Shown: positions 19,026-27,161 of the stretch, piece by piece | Numbering within the stretch: position 1 is the first letter of the stretch | Layout of the letters: each line of letters starts with the position of its first letter | Assembly: GCA_963976765.1 (NCBI GenBank) | Contig: CAXBME010000025.1 | Coordinates: forward strand, 1 to 64,000 | Direction of reading: 5' to 3' | Length of the DNA stretch: 64,000 nt | Source: an uncultured Planctomycetaceae bacterium | Lineage (GTDB): Bacteria; Planctomycetota; Planctomycetia; Planctomycetales; Planctomycetaceae | The notes under the pieces: generated by a model | What the model saw: the letters and a program-made list of their open reading frames with translations, nothing else | Databases searched by the model: none | Told to the model about the DNA's origin: nothing | Program-made: the position numbers and the translations under genes

Positions 19026-19448
19026 TTATCGCTGTCGAACTCGCGACGACATCGAAGGGTCGTTCACGATCGCATCAGGTTTGTGGCCAACGATCCGCAG
19101 CCAGACGAGTTCGCCGTTCTGGATCCCTTCGACACTCAAGTGCGTGCCGAGGTCATCTTCACTGTCTTCACTGTCGATCTGACTCGTCTGCCAGCGACAG
19201 GAAAGCAGCGTGTCAAAAAGCGTTACGATGGAAAACACATCGATGGAAAAAACAGGAGCCTTCGAATAGGACGCCAGACGCCCCCCCATCTCGACGGGTT
19301 CTCCGAAGATCGTAATCTCCCATTCGTTAGAACCGTCTGCTTTGTTCTGAAAGATGTGACAGCCCAGCTCTCCTTCATTGTTGATTGACGTTGTTGAGTC
19401 AGCAACCGCATCCAACAACCGACGAACCCACGCGGGGGCGTTATTCAT
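19026..19448 (-). CDS. Hypothetical protein (likely start ATG 19448)
   Basis: Globular-looking 140-aa ORF (LGCH..WEITIF...GG...HLSVEG...VWLRI); GGAG RBS upstream; flanked by a candidate promoter and terminator. Confidence 0.65.
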   Translation of the reverse strand: MNNAPAWVRRLLDAVADSTTSINNEGELGCHIFQNKADGSNEWEITIFGEPVEMGGRLASYSKAPVFSIDVFSIVTLFDTLLSCRWQTSQIDSEDSEDDLGTHLSVEGIQNGELVWLRIVGHKPDAIVNDPSMSSRVRQR

Positions 19449-19656
19449 AGCTCCAACTCCTGCCTTCACTTTTCAGCGTTCCCGTTGCCTTGCCCACCGA
19501 GCAGCTCGCGATCTCAGTTTCAATACTGCTCGGACCATAGTCGTACTCCGTGACCATGCCCGTCACTGTTGAGCGATCCACCGTCCGGACATCCCGCTGA
19601 CGGTTTTCCGTCAGGTTATTCCGATTGTCATGTTCGGGCGGACTCGTCCGCACAAA

Positions 19657-19672
19657 TGCGAATCGAATGCCA
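19657..19672 (-). promoter_or_regulatory. Candidate sigma-54 promoter for the 19026-19448 gene
   Basis: Minus strand TGGCATTCGATTCGCA (GG-N10-GC); shares TGGCATTC with the 18457-18472 site. Confidence 0.5.
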
Positions 19673-20160
19673 GGACTTATTCAGAACACGATCCCATCCG
19701 GTTTGACCATTCGGGCAGGACAAACCGAACTGGTCCGATTGTGCAGGGATGCAACGCTGGCCCCAACAGAACTGCATCCTGCAACGCAGCGATGTTTCAA
19801 TTCGCAACATCTTTCTGTATCCGACACATTGTCGTTTGGTGGAAGTCCACAACAAGAATTTGGCGCTGCACATTGCCGCAAATCTTTAAACCGTAAACCA
19901 CAGCTAACGCTTCGTGTTTACGAGTTGGTCGCGTCAATTAGCAATCTGAACATACAGCGAGGTCTCCCCAACCACCGAAATCAGAACTTTTCCCCGAAAG
20001 TTACCCAAGTTGAGCTGCAAATCTAAAAATCGCTGCTGAAATACTGACACGGTTGATTCTGCAAGCGGCGCTCTCTTTAATGTCGACGTCCCTCGTTGCG
20101 GAACTGTCCGCAGAGCCCGTATCGAAGTTGATACAAGACATTTCTCAAAAGGAGTTCCCC

Positions 20161-20469
20161 ATGCGGGTTATCTTTGAAACTGCTCGTTTGTTCGCACTTG
20201 TCGCGGTCTTTGGTCTGATGGCTGCCGGCTCTGGCTGTGCAAAGCCAGACGGTGGCGATGGTGGAGCCTCGGCTCCTGCATCTGACCTTGGAGCCGAAGC
20301 TGGCTCCACCACCGGTGGCGGAGCTGAAGTTCCTGAAGGTGGTGATGAAGGCGCTTCCGAAGAGCCAGCCGAAGGCGGCGACGCAGCACCAGCTGAAGGC
20401 GACGCAGCACCTGCCGAAGGTGACGCTGCTCCAGCTGAAGGCGAAGAAGCACCAGCCGAAGGCGAATAG
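20161..20469 (+). CDS. Small acidic lipoprotein with APAEG repeats
   Basis: AAGGAG RBS before ATG 20161; signal peptide with lipobox-like GSG-C; low-complexity tail with 7-aa (21-bp) APAEGDA-type repeats. Confidence 0.75.
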   Translation: MRVIFETARLFALVAVFGLMAAGSGCAKPDGGDGGASAPASDLGAEAGSTTGGGAEVPEGGDEGASEEPAEGGDAAPAEGDAAPAEGDAAPAEGEEAPAEGE

Positions 20470-20515
20470 TCGCGTCAATGGACTTAACGTCTGAATTCAG
20501 CGCTGAGTCATCGAA

Positions 20516-20560
20516 AACAAAAAAACGCCGCAACATCAGATGTTGCGGCGTTTTTTGTTT
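20516..20560. terminator. Bidirectional intrinsic terminator
   Basis: A-run, CGCCGCAACATC/GATGTTGCGGCG inverted repeat, T-run, between convergent genes. Confidence 0.8.
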
Positions 20561-20630
20561 CTCAATGGCATTCCCTGTTTCTTAAGAGTCACGACGTGGA
20601 ACGTTCGAGACAACGCCAGGTGGAGATTCC

Positions 20631-22049
20631 TCAGAATACCGCTTCGATAGGCGTCCCCGCGTACAGACTATGCGGCCTCTGCTGACGATCATGGAGCACC
20701 GCATCCTCCGAAACTCCCAAAGCGCAAAGCATCGTTGCCACATAATCCTGCGGCGAGACAGGGAACTCAGCAGGGTACGCGCCGTGAGGATCACTTTTGC
20801 CGAAGACCGCGCCTCCGCGGATGCCGCCGCCAGCCAACAGGCCGCTGTAGCAGTTTGGCCAGTGCTCTCGCCCCGCGTTTCCGGCAGTGATCGTCGGGCG
20901 CCGACCGAATTCACCGACCCAGGCGATAAGCGTTTCGTCGAGCAAACCTCGCTCATCAAGATCGTCCAGCAGTGCCGACAGCGCTCGGTCTGCCGGCGGG
21001 ATCAAATCGTTCTTGAGTCTGTTGAAATTGTTGCCGTGCGTGTCCCAGAAGTTTCTCCCGTCGTTGTGCCAGTTTACCGAAACTATCGGAACGCCATGCT
21101 CGACCAGCCGTCTGGCCAGCAGAACGGACTGACCATGAATGTTGCGTCCGTAACGGTCGCGCGTTGCGGTCGATTCTCCTTTCAGATCAAAGGCCTGCCG
21201 AACTCGCTGCGAGGTCAGGAAGTCGATCGCCTTCGACTGGTGCGAGGTCATCGCCTGGCCGCCCCCCGATTCGACAAGGGAGCGTTGCTGACGTTCGATC
21301 GTGCTGAGCAACTGCCGTCGCGCGGTCAGGCGACCGCTCGACGTCCCATCCGAAAGCTGTAAAGCCGGAACCGACCAGTTATCCGCATTGGGGTCACCAG
21401 TCAGCAGAAACGGATCGCAGGTTCGCCCCAACCATCCGCCGTGCTGGCCGGGAGCCTGCCCTCCGGGTGCCGCCGGGTGATACGCCTTCCACGGCATCGT
21501 GACGAAACCGGGCAGGCTCGATTCACGACCAACAAAACCGTCGAATCGGTCAGCGTTTCTGAGATGAGCAAGGACTGAACCAAGATGCGGGGCATCTGTC
21601 TCGCTGGGTGGCTCGGCATCTGATGGTCGGACACGAGCCAGGTGACCGGTCAACGTCGCGTGAGCACTGGAAAGATGAGCTGGATCGTTGTGTGTCAAAG
21701 ACCGGATGACCGCAACCTTATCCATCCTCTGGCTGAGCTGTTGGAAATGCTCACAAATCTGCACGCCGGGCACGGTCGTCGAAGTGGGTTTAAACTCGCC
21801 TCGAACCTCTGCCGGAGCGTTGGGTTTCATATCCAGCGTGTCGAGTTGTGACGGTCCTCCCCACATAAAGAGGAAGATGCAGGCTTTCGCCGGCCCTTTT
21901 TCCCGACCACTGGCCATCGCAGTTTCGATGCCCGACGCGCCAGCCAATCCAGCCAGCCCCGAGAATCCTGCCTGCAGAACAGCACGACGCCGAACTTGCG
22001 GCATTCGTAATCCTGGCAGGACTTTCGTTTGGTTCGAGCGACCTGGCAT
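20631..22049 (-). CDS. DUF1501 family protein (start uncertain, 22004-22112)
   Basis: Tat-like RRRAVLQAG, IFLFMWGGPSQLDTLDMKP, LLARRLVEHGV, WDTH, GEFGRRP, GREHWP, GGGIRGG. Confidence 0.9.
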   Translation of the reverse strand: MPGRSNQTKVLPGLRMPQVRRRAVLQAGFSGLAGLAGASGIETAMASGREKGPAKACIFLFMWGGPSQLDTLDMKPNAPAEVRGEFKPTSTTVPGVQICEHFQQLSQRMDKVAVIRSLTHNDPAHLSSAHATLTGHLARVRPSDAEPPSETDAPHLGSVLAHLRNADRFDGFVGRESSLPGFVTMPWKAYHPAAPGGQAPGQHGGWLGRTCDPFLLTGDPNADNWSVPALQLSDGTSSGRLTARRQLLSTIERQQRSLVESGGGQAMTSHQSKAIDFLTSQRVRQAFDLKGESTATRDRYGRNIHGQSVLLARRLVEHGVPIVSVNWHNDGRNFWDTHGNNFNRLKNDLIPPADRALSALLDDLDERGLLDETLIAWVGEFGRRPTITAGNAGREHWPNCYSGLLAGGGIRGGAVFGKSDPHGAYPAEFPVSPQDYVATMLCALGVSEDAVLHDRQQRPHSLYAGTPIEAVF

Positions 22050-22157
22050 GGCAACATTCATTCGAAAGTGGTGGCGGGAGACTTCGGGGACTTTGATACT
22101 AACCAGATTCAAAGTCGGCTGTCACGACTTGAATCCGTGACCGAAAATCCCGCCCAC

Positions 22158-23498
22158 TTACTCAACTGACTTCATGGCAGCAGGCCCGACAACAGGCTGC
22201 ACCCACGCCTGCTCGAAGTCATCGATCTCCGACGGGTTTGTGTGTTGACGACTCGAGGTGATGCGGGCTCGGACATAAATTTCATTGCCGATGAATGAGT
22301 AACTCGCCGACGATCCATCGTGCGTCGAGAAAATCTTTCCGATGTCTTCGCTGTACCGTCGCGTCGCCAGGATTTCGTTGCCCTTCTTATCCAGAACGGG
22401 TTCGGACGTTTTGTCGTAACCCGCTTCGGTGCCGATGAAATCGATTCTGTAATCAACTCCCGGTTCCGACTTCACCTCAACTGCCAGCCCTTCGCTGGAC
22501 GAGGTCACCTTGCTGAGCATCACTCCGGACGTCGAGTAGAAATCGCCGCGTTCCATCGCCGGGATGATCGACTCTGGATCGAGCGCTTCGGCCAGTACCA
22601 TGACCCAGCCTCGTCCCGGCTCGCTTTTGCGACTGGGGATGCTGTGGTAGTTGTGGCCATCGTCGGTCGCCAGGCCGTACATCACCGGCAACTGAAACTC
22701 GGCAAGCCGTTTCGTCAGGACGATATCCCAAATGCGTTCGGTAGATGCGTGCTCGGCATTCCCTGAGTTGTTGACGCCGGGATGGCCGTTGTAGACCTCG
22801 AAGAATTTCTCACCACGAACACGCATGAGGTCTTCGGCGGTCACCGCGTACCCAAAATTCGGATGGTTCAAATGAATCATCATTGACTGCCCGGTTCGTT
22901 CGCGCTGCGAGACAAGAGCGTCGACGTTTTTCTGAATTGCCTCGGCAACGCTTTCCCCTCCCATTGGCGGGATCAGTTCTTTCACATTTGCCGCACACAG
23001 ATGGATGGGATACTTGCCGAATCGGTCGGTAACTTCCTCGCCCTGAATGAGCAGAAACTTTCCAGGTTGGCCAACCTTTGCGCTGACTTCGCTGAACGTT
23101 TTCAACCGGACTTCCGTGCGACCATCAACAACTCGCTCGTCCACCCAGCCCTGCGGGAATCGCTCTTTGAGTTTTCTCAACGCGTCTTTGCCGGTCGGCT
23201 TCTTCGCAATATCAACCCAGCGATCTTTCGACTGAGCCAGCACGTTGTGATCGGTAAAGCAGAGGAAGTCGTAATCGCGATCCCGATACCACAGCGCGAT
23301 CATCTCAAGGTAGTCATCGCCGTCGCTCCACAGCGAATGTGTGTGCAGATTTCCTTTGAGCCACTGCCGGCTTCCATCTTCTGAAAGCACGTCTGCCTGG
23401 ACGTTCGAAACGGCAACATCTTTCGGAGCAGAATTCAGCAACAGAAAGCCGACGACCAGCACACTCAAGCAGCAGATAAAACGTTGAGACGTTTTCAT
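22158..23498 (-). CDS. Secreted PHP-domain metallohydrolase (likely start ATG 23498)
   Basis: KGNLHTHSLWSDG, TDHN, GEEVT, HLNHP, EVYNGH, ATDDGH metal-binding motifs; N-terminal hydrophobic signal. Confidence 0.8.
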   Translation of the reverse strand: MKTSQRFICCLSVLVVGFLLLNSAPKDVAVSNVQADVLSEDGSRQWLKGNLHTHSLWSDGDDYLEMIALWYRDRDYDFLCFTDHNVLAQSKDRWVDIAKKPTGKDALRKLKERFPQGWVDERVVDGRTEVRLKTFSEVSAKVGQPGKFLLIQGEEVTDRFGKYPIHLCAANVKELIPPMGGESVAEAIQKNVDALVSQRERTGQSMMIHLNHPNFGYAVTAEDLMRVRGEKFFEVYNGHPGVNNSGNAEHASTERIWDIVLTKRLAEFQLPVMYGLATDDGHNYHSIPSRKSEPGRGWVMVLAEALDPESIIPAMERGDFYSTSGVMLSKVTSSSEGLAVEVKSEPGVDYRIDFIGTEAGYDKTSEPVLDKKGNEILATRRYSEDIGKIFSTHDGSSASYSFIGNEIYVRARITSSRQHTNPSEIDDFEQAWVQPVVGPAAMKSVE

Positions 23499-24234
23499 TT
23501 CGGAAATCCTGGTTCGTTGAATCTGGTTGGTTGAATATTGAATGCGGTTCGAAAGGCGATTGCCCCGCAAGGCCATCAATCGGCGATCGATCGTTTTGAG
23601 TATGTTGTGCCGAGCGTCGAATCGCCATCAAGCAAGCGTCCCCGCGCGAGAAGTCGCCGGGGTAAACTGCAAACGAAACCTGTCTGCCAATCAAAGATCG
23701 CTGATGATCAATCGACGGCAAAGGTCAGCTAACCCGAAGCTCCCGACCATCGTGTGACTGTCAGAATATTGTTGAGAAACTCGCGTGTCTTCGCCCTGGA
23801 AAACATTCTGGCAAGGCGATAGTATCCCGCCGCCCGATCGGGCTCTTGAAGAAGACAATGCTTCAGCCAGAAGCTGACTCGGCAGGACCGTGCGAGTCAC
23901 TGGCTGGGAACAGCGAATTATCACGGAGGTCCGGGTTTGACTGCCCGGCATGGATGCTTCGGTTTGCCGAAGTGGGGCCATCGCGGTCAAGCCTGTGCTC
24001 GGTTGTCGTCTGACTTCAGACGCACGAGGGAACGGATTCCTTCTCTCGTTTTCTGGCGGCGCTCGGTAACAGCTACCGAGTCGCCGACAACCATTTCTGA
24101 TTTCCTTCAATCTCCCTTTCGATGCTGACCGTAAACGGTGTCGCCTGTTGATTCATCCTCAACCTGAGGACTTCCGGGCAGTCTCAACAACGCCGTACTT
24201 CTCATCGAAAATGTTTCAGCAGAGAGGCTGTCGC

Positions 24235-25053
24235 ATGAGCACTGTCGTCGACGTTCAGGAAACCGAGCAGGAGCTGATTTCAACGGCCCAGATTGCTTTG
24301 AGCAGTTGCAACTGGACCGTTGGAGAATGTGCCACCAAATGGACAAGCCGTTACTCACGCGGTCGAACTGATGCTGACTTCGGAGCGTTGGTCGGACTTA
24401 GCGGCGACCAGATCTATCAGCGACGACGCGTGTGGGAATCTTTCGCGGATGTCTGCGAAAGCTATCCCAAACTGAAGTGGTCCCACTTCTACGTTGCTTT
24501 AACCTGGTCAGACTCTGCGGAATGCCTTGCCTGGGCCGAAGAAAATCAGGCTACCGTCGCTGAAATGAAGGCCTGGAGGCGGATGCAGAATGGCGAAGAT
24601 TTGACAGTTGAGGCCGAAGCGGACCTGGACGTCAACTCGTCTGCCGCTGGCTTTGGCGAGCCGATCGTGAGGCTGACGCCAGAAGGATTCGGCAATTCGG
24701 ACGGAGTCCGCCCAACTTCTGACTCTTTCGACGAAAGTCATGCCAGCGAAAATCAAATTCGAGCCGTAGCTGGAGAAGCAGGATCCGCCGATGGCGACCA
24801 ACCTTACGCTCCGTACAAAACCGGTGCCACAACCGTTCCGACAGAATCGACGGAAGGTGCAACTGACTCAGGCGGCCCAGCACTGCTCAATCCCGAGCAG
24901 GCCTACAAGAAGATTACAACTGCCATTGAACGCTGCACCCGCATGTTGACTGACGGAATGATTGACGGCTTCGCAGAGATTCCTGAAAAAGAACGCATTC
25001 GTTTTCTGACCGCCGTTGAAAACTTCAACGAAAAGACGAACGGACTGAGTTGA
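24235..25053 (+). CDS. Hypothetical protein with a putative HTH-containing N-terminal domain (LmbU/YhcG-N-like pattern)
   Basis: GAGAGG RBS before ATG 24235; NWTVGE...VGLSGDQIYQRRRVW...LKWSHF...WAEENQATVAEMK, then an acidic linker and a C-terminal helix pair. Confidence 0.7.
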   Translation: MSTVVDVQETEQELISTAQIALSSCNWTVGECATKWTSRYSRGRTDADFGALVGLSGDQIYQRRRVWESFADVCESYPKLKWSHFYVALTWSDSAECLAWAEENQATVAEMKAWRRMQNGEDLTVEAEADLDVNSSAAGFGEPIVRLTPEGFGNSDGVRPTSDSFDESHASENQIRAVAGEAGSADGDQPYAPYKTGATTVPTESTEGATDSGGPALLNPEQAYKKITTAIERCTRMLTDGMIDGFAEIPEKERIRFLTAVENFNEKTNGLS

Positions 25054-25055
25054 CA

Positions 25056-26210
25056 ATGAGCACATCCGGACCCCGCCACTATCCGACTGACTCTCCGGGC
25101 ACTTCCCGGATCAATGTGTGGCTGGTGGTCCTGCTGCTCGGCTTGACCGGGATAATGATTTACCGGCAAGCGTTCTGGCATTCGCCGCTGTTCAGTACCA
25201 ATGCAGAATCCCGTACGGTCACTCCGCGGGGTGATCTGGCCGCAGACGAGCTCAGCACAATCGAACTGTTCGAGCAGGTTTCCCCAGCGGTCGTGCATGT
25301 GACATCGGTTGCCATCCTCCAGAACGCATTCACGATGGACATCCGCGAAATGCCAGCGGGAACCGGCAGCGGTTTTGTATGGAACACGGAAGGGCATATT
25401 GTCACAAATCTGCACGTGATCCGTGACGGGCAGGGAGCGGTCGTTACGCTCGCCGACAACTCAAATCACTCGGCGAGGCTCGTTGGCTACGACGCCGCAA
25501 ACGATATCGCCGTGCTGAAGATCGATGTCCCCCCCGGCACGCTGACCCCAATCGCGATTGGTGAGTCCAGCAATCTGAAGGTCGGTCAGAAAGTCTTTGC
25601 GATTGGCAGCCCGTTCGAGTTTGACCATACACTCACGACTGGAATCATCGGCGGACTGAACCGAACTTTCGGAACGGCGACCGGCACAATTCACAACGCA
25701 ATCCAAACCGACGCCGCGATCAATCCGGGAAACTCCGGCGGCCCCTTACTCGACAGCGCGGGGCGACTAATTGGAGTCAACACTGCGATTGTCAGTGAGT
25801 CTGGTGGCTCGCACGGAATCGGTTTTGCAATTCCCGTCGACCTGGTTAACGTCGCCGTCCCGGACCTGATTCGTACCGGCTCAATCAGCCGCCCCTGGCT
25901 CGGTGTCGTCGTACGCGAAGACTTTGCAGTTCGACAGAAAAAGCAACTGCCGGGCGTGTTTGTGCAGCAGGTAGTCCCCGGCGGGCCGGCTGATAAAGCA
26001 GGGATACTCCCAATCCGCCGCGGCGAGAATCTTGAAACCCTGGCCGGTGATCAAATCCTGGCCATCAACGAAGACCCGATTCGGACAGCTCGTGATCTGC
26101 TTGATCTGCTGACTCAGTACCGCGCTGGAGATTCCATATCGGTCACGATTCTACGGAATGGCGAAAAGCGGGACATTTCGGTCATGCTCGAGGCGATGCC
26201 GGAACCGTAG
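25056..26210 (+). CDS. HtrA/DegS-type trypsin-like serine protease with one PDZ domain
   Basis: N-terminal TM; GTGSGF, VTNLHV, DIAVL, QTDAAINPGNSGGPL; PDZ (WLGV...GGPADKAG). Confidence 0.92.
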   Translation: MSTSGPRHYPTDSPGTSRINVWLVVLLLGLTGIMIYRQAFWHSPLFSTNAESRTVTPRGDLAADELSTIELFEQVSPAVVHVTSVAILQNAFTMDIREMPAGTGSGFVWNTEGHIVTNLHVIRDGQGAVVTLADNSNHSARLVGYDAANDIAVLKIDVPPGTLTPIAIGESSNLKVGQKVFAIGSPFEFDHTLTTGIIGGLNRTFGTATGTIHNAIQTDAAINPGNSGGPLLDSAGRLIGVNTAIVSESGGSHGIGFAIPVDLVNVAVPDLIRTGSISRPWLGVVVREDFAVRQKKQLPGVFVQQVVPGGPADKAGILPIRRGENLETLAGDQILAINEDPIRTARDLLDLLTQYRAGDSISVTILRNGEKRDISVMLEAMPEP

Positions 26211-26269
26211 GCTCCGTGGGCGAAGTTTGACAACGAAACCTGCCAACCGGCTGGTCTCAGAACTGGACG

Positions 26270-26316
26270 TTCGAAACCGACCTTCGAAACCGACCTTCGA
26301 AACCGACCTTCGAAAC
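26270..26316. repeat. 13-bp tandem repeat, 3.6 copies
   Basis: TTCGAAACCGACC x3 plus TTCGAAAC, with no spacers. Confidence 0.9.
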
Positions 26317-26672
26317 TGCTACCGCAACGAATCAACTGATTCGAAGCATTCAGGACACGCCTGAAAGATAAATCTCACTCGCCCAGATCATCTTCAGAAA
26401 TGCTTGAAAGACGGGCGGGCACCAGCGATTGGTTACGCAGCCGTGCAGGCCACTTCTGATTCCCGGATGGCAAAAACACCGCACCGCTGACATGCTCTGG
26501 AAGCAATCGTCGACGTTGACATTCGGGTGCCAGGTAGTAGTATCAAAGTTCCTGGAGCGGCATGAGTTACGACGCTGGCGATGCAAAATGCCAAGCGCAG
26601 CAACGCGATTTGAGCGGTGTGACTCGACGCCCACAACAGCCCGCCGTGTAGCGCACACGATTGAGACCCACG

Positions 26673-27038
26673 ATGACTGACAAAAGCCCAAACATCGAGA
26701 AACGTGGGGATGTTACATGCATCCGTCTTGGCCCCGAATTTGAGAATCTCGATGAGGCATCGCTGGACCTGATTCGAGATTCAATGCTCGAAGCCGCTGC
26801 CGCTGCAGACCCTCCAAGAGTTTTGATCGATTTGCAGTACACAAGCTTTTTCGGCTCATCGTTTATCGAAGTGCTGTTCCGGATCTGGAATCGTGTCAAT
26901 GCGATTCCGGGTGGCAAATTCGGGATCAGTGGATTGACCGACTACTGCAAGGAAGTCCTCGAAGTCACTCATCTCGACAAACTGTGGAATCTCTACTCCG
27001 ACTTCGACGGAGCTGTCAAAGAACTTTCAGACGGCTAA
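26673..27038 (+). CDS. STAS-domain anti-sigma-factor antagonist
   Basis: VLIDLQYTSFFGSSFIEVL...CKEVLEVTHLDKLW matches the SpoIIAA/RsbV-type pattern with the phosphorylatable Ser position. Confidence 0.85.
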   Translation: MTDKSPNIEKRGDVTCIRLGPEFENLDEASLDLIRDSMLEAAAAADPPRVLIDLQYTSFFGSSFIEVLFRIWNRVNAIPGGKFGISGLTDYCKEVLEVTHLDKLWNLYSDFDGAVKELSDG

Positions 27039-27093
27039 GTAACTGATAAGTAACTGAGCAGTCTCTGGACGAGCAGAACTTCAACAATCATCA

Positions 27094-27129
27094 ACGCCCC
27101 GGTCGCACCTGTTGCCGGGGTGTTTTTTA
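27094..27129 (+). terminator. Intrinsic terminator after the STAS gene
   Basis: ACGCCCCGG...CCGGGGTGT followed by TTTTT. Confidence 0.6.
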
Positions 27130-27161
27130 TTCGACCCCGGCGACTCATCCGGCAGCTCCCT

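Noticed and set aside
26270..26316. Possible CRISPR array
   Set aside because: The units are 13 bp with no spacers, and there are no cas genes in the window.
26468..26483. Sigma-54-like site TGGCAAAAACACCGCA upstream of the STAS gene
   Set aside because: The GG-N10-GC spacing is right, but the T residues before GC are missing; too weak to call.
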